Part shown: one piece after another, positions 51,901 through 64,000 of the stretch
How positions within the stretch are numbered: position 1 is the stretch's first letter
Layout: each line of letters begins with the position of its first letter
From: Stylophora pistillata
Taxonomy: Eukaryota
DNA: 64,000 nt
Assembly (NCBI RefSeq): GCF_002571385.2
Contig: NW_019217847.1
Span: 284,992 to 348,991 of the forward strand
Direction of reading: 5' to 3'
Program-made: the position numbers and the translations under genes
The notes under the pieces: generated by a model
Databases searched by the model: none
The model's input: the letters and a program-made list of their open reading frames with translations, nothing else
Told to the model about the DNA's origin: nothing

Positions 51901-54900
51901 ATGCCTGGGACAAGACAAGAAATTTATAGAATGGATACATGCATTAAATGTGTCTGAAAGGTATTTTTAGACAAAACTTTGCCACTCCTATACACTCTGT
52001 ATCTAGCGCAATGGATACAGCTACTTCTGTCATGTCTAAAGCTATAAGGTTTGAGCCATAGCCACATCAATTTTTTTTTGCCTTTGTTTTTCTTTTCTTT
52101 TTCTTTTTTGTTCTCATTGATTTACATTCTTTTTCAGAGGATATGTTACATATGTTCAGAGAAAAACTCACTTGTGAGAGTGTTTTGAGAGAGGTTTGAG
52201 AATTTGAGGTATAAGATTCGAGCCATGGCTACATCAAGATTTTTTCTCAAGTTCTCATTGTTTTCTTGTTAGGCCTTCCTTTGTTCTGAATGGTCATTTA
52301 CATTACTATGTCTGCTTTTGTTTTTAAATCACTTAAAAACTGTAGCTATGACCTTCTCTAACTAAACATGAGTACATCAGTGACTGAATATTAGTTATTT
52401 GTGATGACTGCTTTGGCAAAATAAAATTAACTACACACAAAAGATAACGTAACACAATTATGTTTGAAAAGTTTCTTGTTACTAAGACATGGGAAATATG
52501 CATGCAGGTTATTTGTCATGTTTTCAAACCCTCACCTCAAATATACTTCCTTCAATAGTAGTTTCACTTGTATAAAATAGCAGAGGTTGAAAAACATCTT
52601 GGTTACAAGCAAAGAATGCGTAAAAGACTGTCAACCTTGGAAACTCTCGTAAACCCCACAAAAGAAGTATTGCCCGCACAGGATAAGCAGTCTAGAAGTA
52701 AACAAAATCAATTTTATAAGGAAAAATGGTCTGAGGCCAGACATCCAAGTTCAGACAAGATCTTATTCTTGTTTTACACTTAGAGTACATATCTACATTC
52801 TCTGGTTTGATTAAAATTTTGTAGGAGCTTTTAAGATTCACTTCTGGTGAAGTGGAATTTACTCCACTGCTTCACTGACTGTGAAACCTGGTTTACTGTG
52901 CATGCCTAGAAAAAAAAGTTTAAGTTGGGTGTTGAAAAGTTGAGATCTCTATTCACTTCAAAAATTCTTTTTTCAGTTCATTGTTGCAAAGTTCATTTCA
53001 TTATTTGTTTCGATGATTTGTTCCTCTGTTGAACATCCACACTCTTTCAAAATAACCCTTCACAGTTCCCTGTGCAAGTAAAAAATAGTGAGATAAGTTC
53101 AACTTGGCTAAATTTTTTTCAGTACAATTCCTTTCCATGCAACATTTAGCTGCTCAACGAAAACAAACATGACCTTCAACTAAGGTAAATCTTTCTTAAC
53201 AAAGACGGTTTAATGTTGCTCAAACACAAAGTATAAGCTTATGCTTATGAACAGAAACAGTTCTTGTAGGAGCCACCAAACTTGTAAAAGCAACATGCAA
53301 TATGAAAAGATGTATCAATTAAATAAACCCCCTTCTGGCTCTCTAGTGTGTTAGTTGATAATGACCTTGGCTGAGAGATTGCATGTCCTCAAATTTTACA
53401 TTCGCCTTTGATGTTTCACTTCTCACCATATATTCATTTTTCCAACAATACCTCTGCTATGGACATTATCAGCCAACATATCAGCCACATAAACACTGGG
53501 TATTGTTCTTTCAAAAGATTCTTTCGCATAAAAATATAGATAATCTACATTTACTCAGATTTTCAATATATCATAGTAGGAGGGGGGAAATTATCAGTTT
53601 CATTATCTTTAGTACTGCCTCTTAGTTTGTGTACCTTGTACTCCCACAGATCTGATGGCCGCTTTACTCCCAGGGCTTTTAGTGCTTCAAGTTCCTTTAA
53701 GAGTACCCGCCTATGATAGGAAACTACAACATTAAGAGGTGGAGTCTCCAAGTCATATTCAGACAAGGACAATAGAAGGTTTCCATCAATTCCTGCATCT
53801 TGGAATCTGTCACTATATCCTTTTGCCCAATCACCTAAGCTTTCCAACCATTTAGCCACATCCTGTGTACTCCATTTAACCACTGGTTTTCTAACAAGAG
53901 GATCTCTTTGGCCCATGAACAAGCTCAGTACATGATATATAAACTACAATCAACAACAACAACAAAAAAAATAGATTGACTGTCACCCTATTTAAAAAAC
54001 AATCACTTCACAACATTTGTATCATATATTGTACAAATTCCATTCAGTCCACTTAAACTCTGTCAAAAAAGAAAAAAGGTGTTAAAAAGTTGTATTATTA
54101 CCCCTACAGGCTGAGAACTGGCATTATATTGAGTTTCCTGCTTATCAAGGTGTTGCAGGGTAATCTTGGCAACACTTAGACATTTTCACTTGCTCACAAC
54201 CTGGAACAGTACCTTCAGCATAAACGCTTCGAATATTTAGAACTTGTTGCTATATTCCAAACAGAGTGTTATGCATTGTATTGAATACATTGGAGTTGAA
54301 AGGGAAGAAAGATTCTTAACTCGTTTACATTCTTCAAAAACCAAACAATTATTCTGGTCTACTAAACATAATATATGGTGTTTCAATGAGTGATGCCTTC
54401 AGCCTCTAATGTTCATGCACGCTAATTTAACCCAATAAATCAGCTAATGACAACAGCTTGTGTTTAACTGGGTCCCCCAAATATATCATCTACATACAAA
54501 AAATGTCACACATGTACAACACCTTTGTCATACTTGCAATTATTTTCTACTTGCCTCATGCAATGCATAAAGGTAAAAAAATAGACATTGTATTTTCTAT
54601 ATGTATTCAAGCAAATACATTTTTGTAACTGAAAAAAATTCCTGACAAAGTATGCTAAACAACAACAAGCATAGGAGAATAAAATGTTTCTGCTATTTGA
54701 GTTCATGCACTGCTGCTCACTAGTTTAGTTTCATTACTGTAACATGTATTTTGTTTCTTTTCTGAAAGACTATAAGGCAGTTTAAGTCACTAGTAAATTA
54801 AGTTTCCATATATTACAATGCATAGGTCAAATATCTTCAATTAAGAAAAGAAAGGGCCGGGGGCAGTTTGACTAGCTTTACAACTTAACATTCTTGAGAA

Positions 54901-56601
54901 ATACTAGTAACAGAACATTGGGAGCAACCCAATCACTTAAATTAAATTGCTGGAATCCCTTGTAGATTGAATGAAACCATTACATCCAGTCACAACAAAA
55001 ACCCGTTGTGAGTCTTTATTTTTGGCGGCGGTTATCTTTACTGTGGTACCAAAAAAAATTCCAAATTAATCAATTGATGAAATTTTTTCAAACCAGCTTG
55101 ATCATCATTTTTCTCTGATTTCTGCATAATCAGAAGAAAATAGGAAAATATGATCAAATTGTTTCAAAAAAATTTCAAGCCAAGGAAAAAATTACCACCA
55201 GAACAACCATTTAATGCTTTAGTTTTGTGTTGTTTAAGACATGATAAAATTAAACGTATCAGATAACTTAGAAAGACAGCTTTTTGAGAGCTTTACAATA
55301 ATGACAGCAAACAATAAGATAATCATTTGTTAGATAACAGCATGTTACACAACATTTCAAATACAAGACCTCTTGGGTAACTTACCATGACAATCCCAAG
55401 GACAGACAGAACAATAAATATAAGCTTTATGCAGGTAATCCCCACATGTTGACCTTGAGCAAATTGTACTTCATGACTGCTGGCAAATCTTTGTGAGGAT
55501 TTACTTTCCAGAGCATCAAACTTGGACAATACTGATCCAAAGTCTGGGGAAGACTTCTGGAAACGTTTTCGTTCTGCCTCTTCCTTTGAAAAGAGTACTT
55601 GGATAGTTCTTCTATCAGAAACCCATTCAAAGAAGAAAAGAATATTCATTACAATGTCAAAGGTATTACATCACACCACATCTGTACAAAACACAAGTAA
55701 TATTAAAAGATCAGTCCATGCAAGATGTAGCCTGCTGTAGGTTTTTATGTTATTTCTGTACAGTTATAACTTCACATTTGTTCCTCATAATTTACATGAT
55801 GTACAAAGTTCAGCACTTATTTTGAAATTTCTGTCTTGAATGCTAACCCTTTCGCTCCGAGGGGTGACCACAAAGTCAATTAAAATTCCTCCTGAAAAGG
55901 ACTAGATTTCAACCAGAAATATTGTCATTTCAACAACTTCATCTGGAAAGTATACTGTATTTACTCTTGTATAGGCCACACCCACATATAGGACACAAGA
56001 CCAACCAAAGTTGACAATAGTTTTTTAATTGATATGACAGCTTAATTAATGCAATATTTACTGAATATTGCCTGTAAATTTGTATTTAGCAGTTCCCACC
56101 AAAGGCTGTTACGTTACCAGGTGCTTTTATACCAGAAAATAAAATAGTTTGCATATCAATGGGATATTGTACAGGACTTCATCTGTATTTGAAGTTTTAA
56201 AATTTCCAATAAAGTTAAAATCAATTGAGAATTGGCAAATTTAAAGTATACACTGCTAAAGCTTCTTTATAATGTTGGAGAATAACAGAATCTAATATAA
56301 TGTTTCGCATTTATAGTGATATTGTGCACAAAACATGAGGCTGTCTGGGTGAAAGTCACTGCTCTGCAAAATAAAACTTTTCATCTTACCTTAATACAAT
56401 ATTAACTTTAGGGCATCCTGACCATGGTTCTCGACACTCTGGACATGTGTTGTGTCTTGATGCATTCCACCACTTTGCGAGGCAAAACCGACAAAAGCTG
56501 TGTCCACAATTGAGTGTAGTAGGTTCAACCATAAGCTCAAAACAGCAACTACATTGAAAATCTCGTTTTAACAGCAGACTGTCTTGGTCACTCCTTGCCA
56601 T
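45923..56601 (-). CDS. BFAR: Bifunctional apoptosis regulator (RING E3 ligase, SAM domain, multi-pass membrane), about 453 aa; exons 56601-56390, 55611-55386, 53943-53635, 52691-52536, 46779-46580, 46181-45923
   Basis: RING FQCSCCFELMVEPTTLNCGHSFCRFCLAKWW...CPECREPWSGCPKVNIVLR; first TM segment; LVRKPVVKWSTQDVAKWLESLGDWA SAM domain; ALGVKRPSDLWEYK; FPRL; LVPYYLIGKF; FICDLAFYWMLF. Same motif order as vertebrate BFAR. All introns GT-AG with consistent phases (1362 nt). Confidence 0.9.
46928..47461. mobile_element. MITE with imperfect TIRs, TTAA target (Kolobok-like)
   Basis: ttaa|agtgcac ... gtgcact|ttag, with mirrored subterminal ttggatttggt / accaaatccaa. Confidence 0.6.
47474..50853 (-). 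mobile_element. IS3EU-type DNA transposon with very long TIRs in BFAR intron 4
   Basis: Termini TATGG...CCATA; 6-bp TSD gcatat/gcagat; TIRs of roughly 600 bp with about 21-bp tandem subterminal repeats. Frameshifted integrase-core transposase at 50150-49205 (PNSLRHLDGHHSLIRWGFVIYG, PSRIRVDYG..N, STRNQRIKRLWRDV). Confidence 0.82.
51505..51632 (+). mobile_element. LINE 3' tail fragment
   Basis: gcccgc...gcgggc stem-loop, then aataaa and a (TTG)n tail. Confidence 0.5.
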
Positions 56602-57077
56602 AACCTCTAAATGGGAGGAGGAACGATTATGACGGAGGAAGAAAGTGACTTAGTACCTAATTCGTACGTTTAAATTTGCAGATGAGGGATGCAGAGATCA
56701 CAGTACCACCATATATTAACTTAACAGGTATCACTCCGTTCTGTCTTCATTCTTAAAACCATTGAATTGGTACGGAAAAAAAACACGTTTGAAGAAAAAT
56801 GCTCAATATAATCTACCCCGTAAGACTGGCCTTGCAATAATGTTAACCGCTGTCGCCAAATACAGGCTTCTTTAACCTACTGAGTTCATTGTCGACTGTT
56901 TTCTTCTGTAAATCGCAATTTGGACTTTGGCTTCATGCACAATTTTGAGTTTGATATGATGATAAAAACAATATTTCCTCACCTAACTGTGCTTAGAACT
57001 TCCTGTACCCTATATCATTAGTACCTCGATATTCGAATCTTGTCGAATTTAGTTTAGAGCAGTACTGGTTTCGCCTA

Positions 57078-57403
57078 NNNNNNNNNNNNNNNNNNNNNNN
57101 NNNNNNNNNNNNNNNNNNNNNNNNNNNNNNNNNNNNNNNNNNNNNNNNNNNNNNNNNNNNNNNNNNNNNNNNNNNNNNNNNNNNNNNNNNNNNNNNNNNN
57201 NNNNNNNNNNNNNNNNNNNNNNNNNNNNNNNNNNNNNNNNNNNNNNNNNNNNNNNNNNNNNNNNNNNNNNNNNNNNNNNNNNNNNNNNNNNNNNNNNNNN
57301 NNNNNNNNNNNNNNNNNNNNNNNNNNNNNNNNNNNNNNNNNNNNNNNNNNNNNNNNNNNNNNNNNNNNNNNNNNNNNNNNNNNNNNNNNNNNNNNNNNNN
57401 NNN
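57078..57403. other. Assembly gap
   Basis: Run of N. Confidence 0.99.
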
Positions 57404-58624
57404 AATGTCATCCTTTCGCGGGCTTTCGCAAATATTCGCGGGTTTCATAATTTCCCCGCTAACCAAACTTACCGTTTACTCTTACCCTCGACGAGCGCCT
57501 TCGATATAGCATCACCCACCAAAGTCGACAATCGTCTCTCAAATAATTGAGCCAGCAATGTTACCGCTATAAAAAAAGCACTTTGGTGGTGGAGTATGGT
57601 AACTGGCCAAGTCTTCCAAAGGTCATCTCGCCTTAGGTCATGTCGATTGAAACTAGAGTTATGTCGCTCACGATTTTTGTTTATGACGCCCTACGAGATC
57701 TTATTTTTTGTTGACAGAAGAACTAATTATTTATAGTATCAGACCGACAGTCTGTAAATGGGCTACATGAAAATTGAGAAATCTTTATCAACAAATAACC
57801 GGTTTCTGTTATTCAAACGGAATCGAGATCATGTTTGCCATAAGCGGTATCGGGGTCAATATAGTGTGTTGCGGCGACTGTGGCGCTCGCTGTATAGAAA
57901 TCAATACACTGTGCACAGGTATTCGACTCGTGTCGTTCTTGTTCGTTTTACTCGAACCACACGGATATTTTAAAACGCAACCAAACTTGTACAACGGTGA
58001 AAACTAAGATAAAAGGCAAACAATAGCGGTAGTAAGAAAGAAACCTAGGGTAACAAGCAAAGGCTACGACTAAAACATGACAAAAAAAAAAAGGGAAACA
58101 CTGACAACCTGTGCTCCTCAAGCGAACAACCAGGAGCTACGAATGAACACGATACATTTATGAACTTAAGGCTGTCGTGTAAGTGTCACGAAAGATCAAC
58201 GGACAGAAAAAATGAGGGATCCCAAATATGAAACGGCGATCAAAGCATAGTGGTCAATATAACTGACGATATAGCGGTCGATGTGGCGGTTGACATATCG
58301 ATCGATCGTCGGTGGATGATCGTCAATTAATATCATCTGTCGATATATACCGGTCGAGAGACGTTCGATATCTCGATCGTCAAAATGTCGATACTCAACT
58401 GCATCTGTCACCCTCACTTCACTGCTACTTAACTGATTATAAAACGGTAAAAACAAACGATAAGATCCGACGTTTCGGAGTAGTTCTGACTCCATTATCA
58501 AGGTAAAATATATCAGATCATGCACACTGCGGCATTTAAAGCGTTCTTAGCGCAAGACTTTTTCACAATAGGGTGCGAAAATTATGAAAATACTTTCATA
58601 ATCTTCGTTAACCGTAACCCTGAG

Positions 58625-59072
58625 TAGCCTACGTAGCCTGGCTCTTTTAAGGGAGGGGGGGTGGTGGGAGAAATGCCTCTGAGCATAGAGTCTGAGCTCA
58701 AGGCCTTAAATTCTTCGCTGACTTCCCCTCTTACAACGTCGGGAACTTCGTGCTTAAAGACAGACTTGGCCATAGTACTCCATTGTTTCAGGGCCATGCC
58801 TCTGATAATTGTAGCTGTTAGTTTGTCGAGATTCTCCTTAACAATAACATTCCCGCTAGGATATGCTATAAATACCTTAACTTTACTTTTATTGGCAGTT
58901 AGGGCGATCGTATCTATGTTCATTAGATTCTGTATTTCGTCTTCGACTTTTTTCTTGAAGGTTGTCTGAGTCAATATTAAAAGCCAAGGGATCGTTTTCA
59001 TCATAGCAACTTTGTTCAACATCGAAAAGATTCAGCTTCGACGATATTCCTCTTTTAACTTTGGTGTTTGAT

Positions 59073-59132
<60 letters not shown>

Positions 59133-59560
59133 TACATACATACATACATACATACTTTATTGAGACTCCCTTCAACAGGGCTTTTCTTTCACAATGTGAT
59201 TGCCTTTCCGGTGTTATTATCGTTGATAACACGCGCTTCTTCCGAACGCGATCAGAATAATGAACCACTTCAGTTTCTGCAGCTTTTTGAAGCCATGCGA
59301 GAATGTCTGCACCGTTTCTTAATTTTCTTGCACAAGGAGCCCAAAGACGCTCTGAATATTATGATGATTTACTTACGGGTGTCCCTAGGTTCCGTAGAAC
59401 TTCGGCAAGCTCAACACGATATTTATCCTGTCGCTTCGAAGGCTTAAACAAGTTCTCAAAAGAGCGATTGTTTACATTCAAGTTGGTTTAGCAAAACCTA
59501 CAAATATCGTTGACATTTTGCACTGGCTCATTTCGTCGGCGTAAACGACAGAGACATAGC
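58625..59560 (-). pseudogene. Decayed, probably transposon-derived ORF (zinc-finger-like N-terminus; possibly Academ-related)
   Basis: MSLSFTPTK* then ICRFC...PCARKLRN and KSKVKVFIAYPSG...VRGEVSEEFKAL, with stops and frameshifts. Interrupted by a microsatellite; bounded by tagcctacgtagc at about 58625. Confidence 0.45.
59072..59154. repeat. Compound (CA)n/(CATA)n microsatellite, probably a retroposon tail
   Basis: Direct sequence; followed by actccc...gggcttttc, as seen next to the tail at 26470-26535. Confidence 0.9.
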
Positions 59561-60106
59561 AATTTAAGCGCTGTAATTTAGTGCGCTGGCGCTCTCGCTA
59601 CGCGCCAAACTTTCACACTTGAAATTGACAACTCGCTCCCCCTCCGGTGATCGCTGATTGGCTAGGGTAATTTCATCGCTAAGGCGGGCGTTATGAAAAT
59701 TTGACTAGGCTGAAAGCCAGGCTCTTTTTCCGCCTCAAACCCCTAAACCCTCCGCACCACGGTCGACATTAGATAGCATAGGGTGAAGTAGACCCCAATG
59801 ATTAGCATTTTCCGATCATCGTTGTGACGTCATCTTCCGACCGCACTGTAAACTTCGAAAATTAACATGGCGGCGTAAGTATGAAACCAGTAGTTCATGT
59901 TGCGCACGACTGCAGGCTGTAAGCTTAGACTAGGCCACGCATCTTTTTAGTGTACGGAGTTGCAGACTAATAAGCAACTCGCTAGACAAGCAGAAGAATG
60001 TTTCCGGACCTACTTACTTAAGTGAAGGACTCTATGCTACCTCACCCGATGTTACTTTTCAGTACTTCAGGACAATGTATAAGTACATAACATAGGGTGA
60101 GGATTA

Positions 60107-60876
60107 NNNNNNNNNNNNNNNNNNNNNNNNNNNNNNNNNNNNNNNNNNNNNNNNNNNNNNNNNNNNNNNNNNNNNNNNNNNNNNNNNNNNNNNNNNNNNN
60201 NNNNNNNNNNNNNNNNNNNNNNNNNNNNNNNNNNNNNNNNNNNNNNNNNNNNNNNNNNNNNNNNNNNNNNNNNNNNNNNNNNNNNNNNNNNNNNNNNNNN
60301 NNNNNNNNNNNNNNNNNNNNNNNNNNNNNNNNNNNNNNNNNNNNNNNNNNNNNNNNNNNNNNNNNNNNNNNNNNNNNNNNNNNNNNNNNNNNNNNNNNNN
60401 NNNNNNNNNNNNNNNNNNNNNNNNNNNNNNNNNNNNNNNNNNNNNNNNNNNNNNNNNNNNNNNNNNNNNNNNNNNNNNNNNNNNNNNNNNNNNNNNNNNN
60501 NNNNNNNNNNNNNNNNNNNNNNNNNNNNNNNNNNNNNNNNNNNNNNNNNNNNNNNNNNNNNNNNNNNNNNNNNNNNNNNNNNNNNNNNNNNNNNNNNNNN
60601 NNNNNNNNNNNNNNNNNNNNNNNNNNNNNNNNNNNNNNNNNNNNNNNNNNNNNNNNNNNNNNNNNNNNNNNNNNNNNNNNNNNNNNNNNNNNNNNNNNNN
60701 NNNNNNNNNNNNNNNNNNNNNNNNNNNNNNNNNNNNNNNNNNNNNNNNNNNNNNNNNNNNNNNNNNNNNNNNNNNNNNNNNNNNNNNNNNNNNNNNNNNN
60801 NNNNNNNNNNNNNNNNNNNNNNNNNNNNNNNNNNNNNNNNNNNNNNNNNNNNNNNNNNNNNNNNNNNNNNNNNNNN
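60107..60876. other. Assembly gap
   Basis: Run of N. Confidence 0.99.
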
Positions 60877-61575
60877 AAGCAATACGATAAAACCAAGCCA
60901 TACTTTTTTTGCGTTGAAAGAGGGTGTTAGTAATGAAGTCCTTAAAAGTAACATATTAAAAGGAAGCAACTTTGAGCGAAGTCACATTTATTCATGATTA
61001 TGTGCTTGGGCTATATGTGTACTTTAAAATCAACTACTATCCTTACTATCCCATCGAAGGCTAACATCAGAACCAATATAAAATATAATTGCGAGTGTTG
61101 CAAGTATCTTTGAGGTTTACCGTTTTACGCCGTACGAAAAGCCAGCTATACATGTAAAAAGACTATAAAGAGTAACCTTCGCATCCCCTCGCCCCTCAGT
61201 CTTGATGGTTTCGCCTGTTAAACTTTAACTCCCCTCTTCCGACGAGCTGCCTGTTCTAGCGGGAAAATCTAGCGGGAGAATTGAATGTGGTATCTATGTT
61301 TACAATGGAAATTTGGTTTTATTTCTTGGATTTTTTCAATTGGGTATTGGGATAAACAAGCAGTGGGATCTATAAATTTCCAATCAGGAAAAATGATATG
61401 CCTTTATTATACTTAGACAATTATTCATATAAGAAAAGTGAACTATAACAATACTGCATAATTGAGTATTCATTGACATCCATAAAACAAGCCTGACTGA
61501 AAGAAATGTATTCTATGGCTTGTAAATTTCTCACGGTCTGATTGGCTGTTAGCGCATAATGACCGGTCATTACTG

Positions 61576-61782
61576 TATCTTATTAACCAAGCGCGAGGGC
61601 CGTACTGGAAGACTATCGGCCTGAGGTCTTGACAGTACAGACCGAGCGCAGTGAGGTCTGTCCAAAAAGATTGGCTAATAAGAGATTTATGATAGGACTG
61701 AAGTTGAAAGGGACCCAAGTGTGGTTTCATTCGGGACAGTACCCGTTCCAATACTGAGAGAATATTGACCGGCAATAGAGAC
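61576..61782. repeat. Second, internally deleted copy of the 15467-15775 repeat
   Basis: tatcttattaaccaagcgcgagggccgtactgg...gaatattgaccggcaatagag is shared between the copies. Confidence 0.8.
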
Positions 61783-64000
61783 TATATGTAAAAAAAAACT
61801 TAATAAACCCAGGATAGGCTAAAAATATTTTATTAGTCTATATTTGCTAAATTATTTGATATTTGTTTGTACAGCTTGGGGGACCTTTGGTCTATGTATT
61901 TGTAAATCCCTAAAAAAGTAAAATGATAAAAGAAAAGGCACCGATAAATTTGAATGAACCTGATTGTTTCTTGTGCTACTCGTAAAGTTTCTCTGAGGTT
62001 CCAGGCCATTTGGTGCACTTTTTGAGTGAATTATGGCATGTTGTTTATGGTGTATTATTTGAGAAATTAGAACACTCGGCCATCTCAAAGTCTCCATGAA
62101 ATTGTCAGTAACCTTTCTCTTCATGCACTGTACACCTCACATTTTACCACAAATTATGTTATAAGATAAGTCAGCAATTTACTTATAGTATTCCTGTGAT
62201 TGGAGATAAATTGCGCTCCGGGAATGTGAAGAAACATTTACATCGCAATTACAGCAGCATGCAGATCGGCGGTGTAATGAATAAATTTGTGTGGCGACCC
62301 GTATGCAGGCGATGACGCTATGAAGGCATTGTGACGTAAATTTGAGCGCCAAAGTATAGCGAAGTGAAGTTTTAGTAGTGGCGGGGAGATTGAAAGCAAT
62401 AAATGGTGGAGTGATGTTGTATTGGTTGATTTAAGGCCGCCTGGTGATGGAAAGGCATCATTAAGCCTGGAAGTCCGTAAGCCTCGTGTATCATTCAAAG
62501 AATCGAGTGATATAAGACAGACGAGTTTGTTGGGGGCCAGGTGGAAAGTGTAAAAGCAACTGTAGCTATATTCAGTGCAGACTTAGGCAGGAAATAAGCG
62601 GGGCAAAGGGAGTTTTTCAGTTTATAGAGTGGGTATAAAGTGTTGTTGTATTGGATAGGCGAGTTGCTTTTAGACTTACCCCAGGTTTTATATATGCAAG
62701 AAGCCCTATGGGTGCTCGCGAATGAACTTTGGAATATGCAAATATTAAAAATAGATTACTAAGATCAGTAGGGTTGACATCGGTATTATAACAGAGCTAA
62801 GTACAAAAAAGATAAGTAGCTAGGGAGAGTATTTCCACAAAGCACAAAAGCAGATGACTTGAAAGCCATAGAGAGCAGATATTTTTCAAAGCAACAATGT
62901 AGATCATCGATCGATAGATACACAACAAAGATGAAATCTCGATTCTCGTCCAAACGGTCTTACATGAAGTATACAAGTCACTGAGGAGAAAGGAAATAAG
63001 TTCAGAGCGCTAAAATCTAAGAAGGAGAATTAAAATAGAAAAAAAAGAAAATGTGGTATTGGTTGGATGTAACCGCTGTAGTTCGAACTCTGATCGTCAG
63101 ATTACCAGTCGAGTGCCCTAACGCTCTACCATGAAATTTTATGGGCGATACGATACCAACAAACGTCTGCGCATGCGTGGCTTGAGCATGTTGATCTTTC
63201 CATCGTTTTATCACCGATCTAAACCGTGGATATATTTTGCCTTTCAAACTGCAATGTAAGGACGCCATTTGAAAATAAATTCTATAAACTGAACTCTTCG
63301 ATATGTTGAACGTATTATTTTTGGAAATTAAATGTTTATTTGCTTGCTCGAGACCCAACAACTTTCAGCACGTACTCGGTAGGTAAGGAAACATGGATTG
63401 CAAGCTTAATTTCTTTGAGTATCATTTATCTCTATTTTAGATGATAAGCTAAGATTCAAATTGATAGAGGTTAAACAATAACATGCTTTGGTAAGAAATG
63501 GTAATAATTTGGTGATAATTCTATCAAGGCGAAGCGAAAGCACACCTAACACTGTGTTACATGAACAAATTGAAAACGCTGCAAAATATCGCTACAGCTA
63601 CAGCACAAGTTATAAATTGCGCCACATATCTCTTAACATTCATTATAGTCCTAAGAGTGTATTGGAAGGTAGATGAAATCCATTGTTCGCGTGGATGCAT
63701 GTGCCATGAACAACAAATATTCCTGGGAAAGTTGGAATAAGTACAATGGTGTTGCAACTCAAATGAAGACAGAAGTTGTAATTGCTTTAGGATTAATGCT
63801 AAAAGGGAGTTCAGGAACCAAAGTGGTTTGGTACTTCAGTGTTTTAGGGACTTGCAGAGGTTGTAGCACAGCAAAGGTTTGAGGAGAGTTGTGTGTGATT
63901 GAATCATAGATCCTGTTGCCTTAAGTAATATTCCTTGAGCAATTAATGCCCATGCCTCACTCAGCGATTTGATGAATGAAAACATTTCCTAACCAAAAAG

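Noticed and set aside
56993-60969. Long ORFs in the track spanning X runs
   Set aside because: Artefacts of N gaps.
62200-63990. Protein-coding gene or LINE at the window end
   Set aside because: Short ORFs with no recognisable motifs; splice-like signals could not be joined into a frame.

Overview
Eukaryotic, AT-rich, intron-containing animal DNA. The repeat families suggest a stony coral or other cnidarian (inference). There are two assembly gaps, at about 57078-57403 and 60107-60876. Seven protein-coding genes were rebuilt by hand from GT-AG splice sites: a BTB-BACK-Kelch gene (minus), a divergent MKK3/6-type MAP2K (plus, 12 coding exons), a DDX5/DDX17 (p68/Dbp2) DEAD-box helicase (plus, 14 exons), a tail-to-tail pair of CPFA-motif glutathione transferases with intronless coding regions, an intronless NERD-domain PD-(D/E)xK nuclease-like gene, and a BFAR orthologue (RING-SAM-transmembrane, minus, 6 exons). 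Introns and spacers hold many, often nested, mobile elements: L2/CR1-type LINEs, tRNA-derived SINEs, Penelope-like inverted repeats, and Harbinger, ISL2EU, Kolobok-like, AcademH-like and IS3EU DNA transposons. The most notable observations are: (1) a box C/D snoRNA candidate in a DDX5 intron with a 12-nt guide to the 18S site equivalent to yeast Gm1572 (snR57), plus further structured intronic RNAs and the conserved Dbp2/p68 motif-V autoregulatory intron; (2) minimal hammerhead-ribozyme motifs in the Penelope-like repeats, including a U3-A8 variant; (3) the intact NERD nuclease gene sharing a promoter region with a GST whose putative first exon is split by a helicase-carrying transposon. All calls come from reading the sequence; no searches were run.
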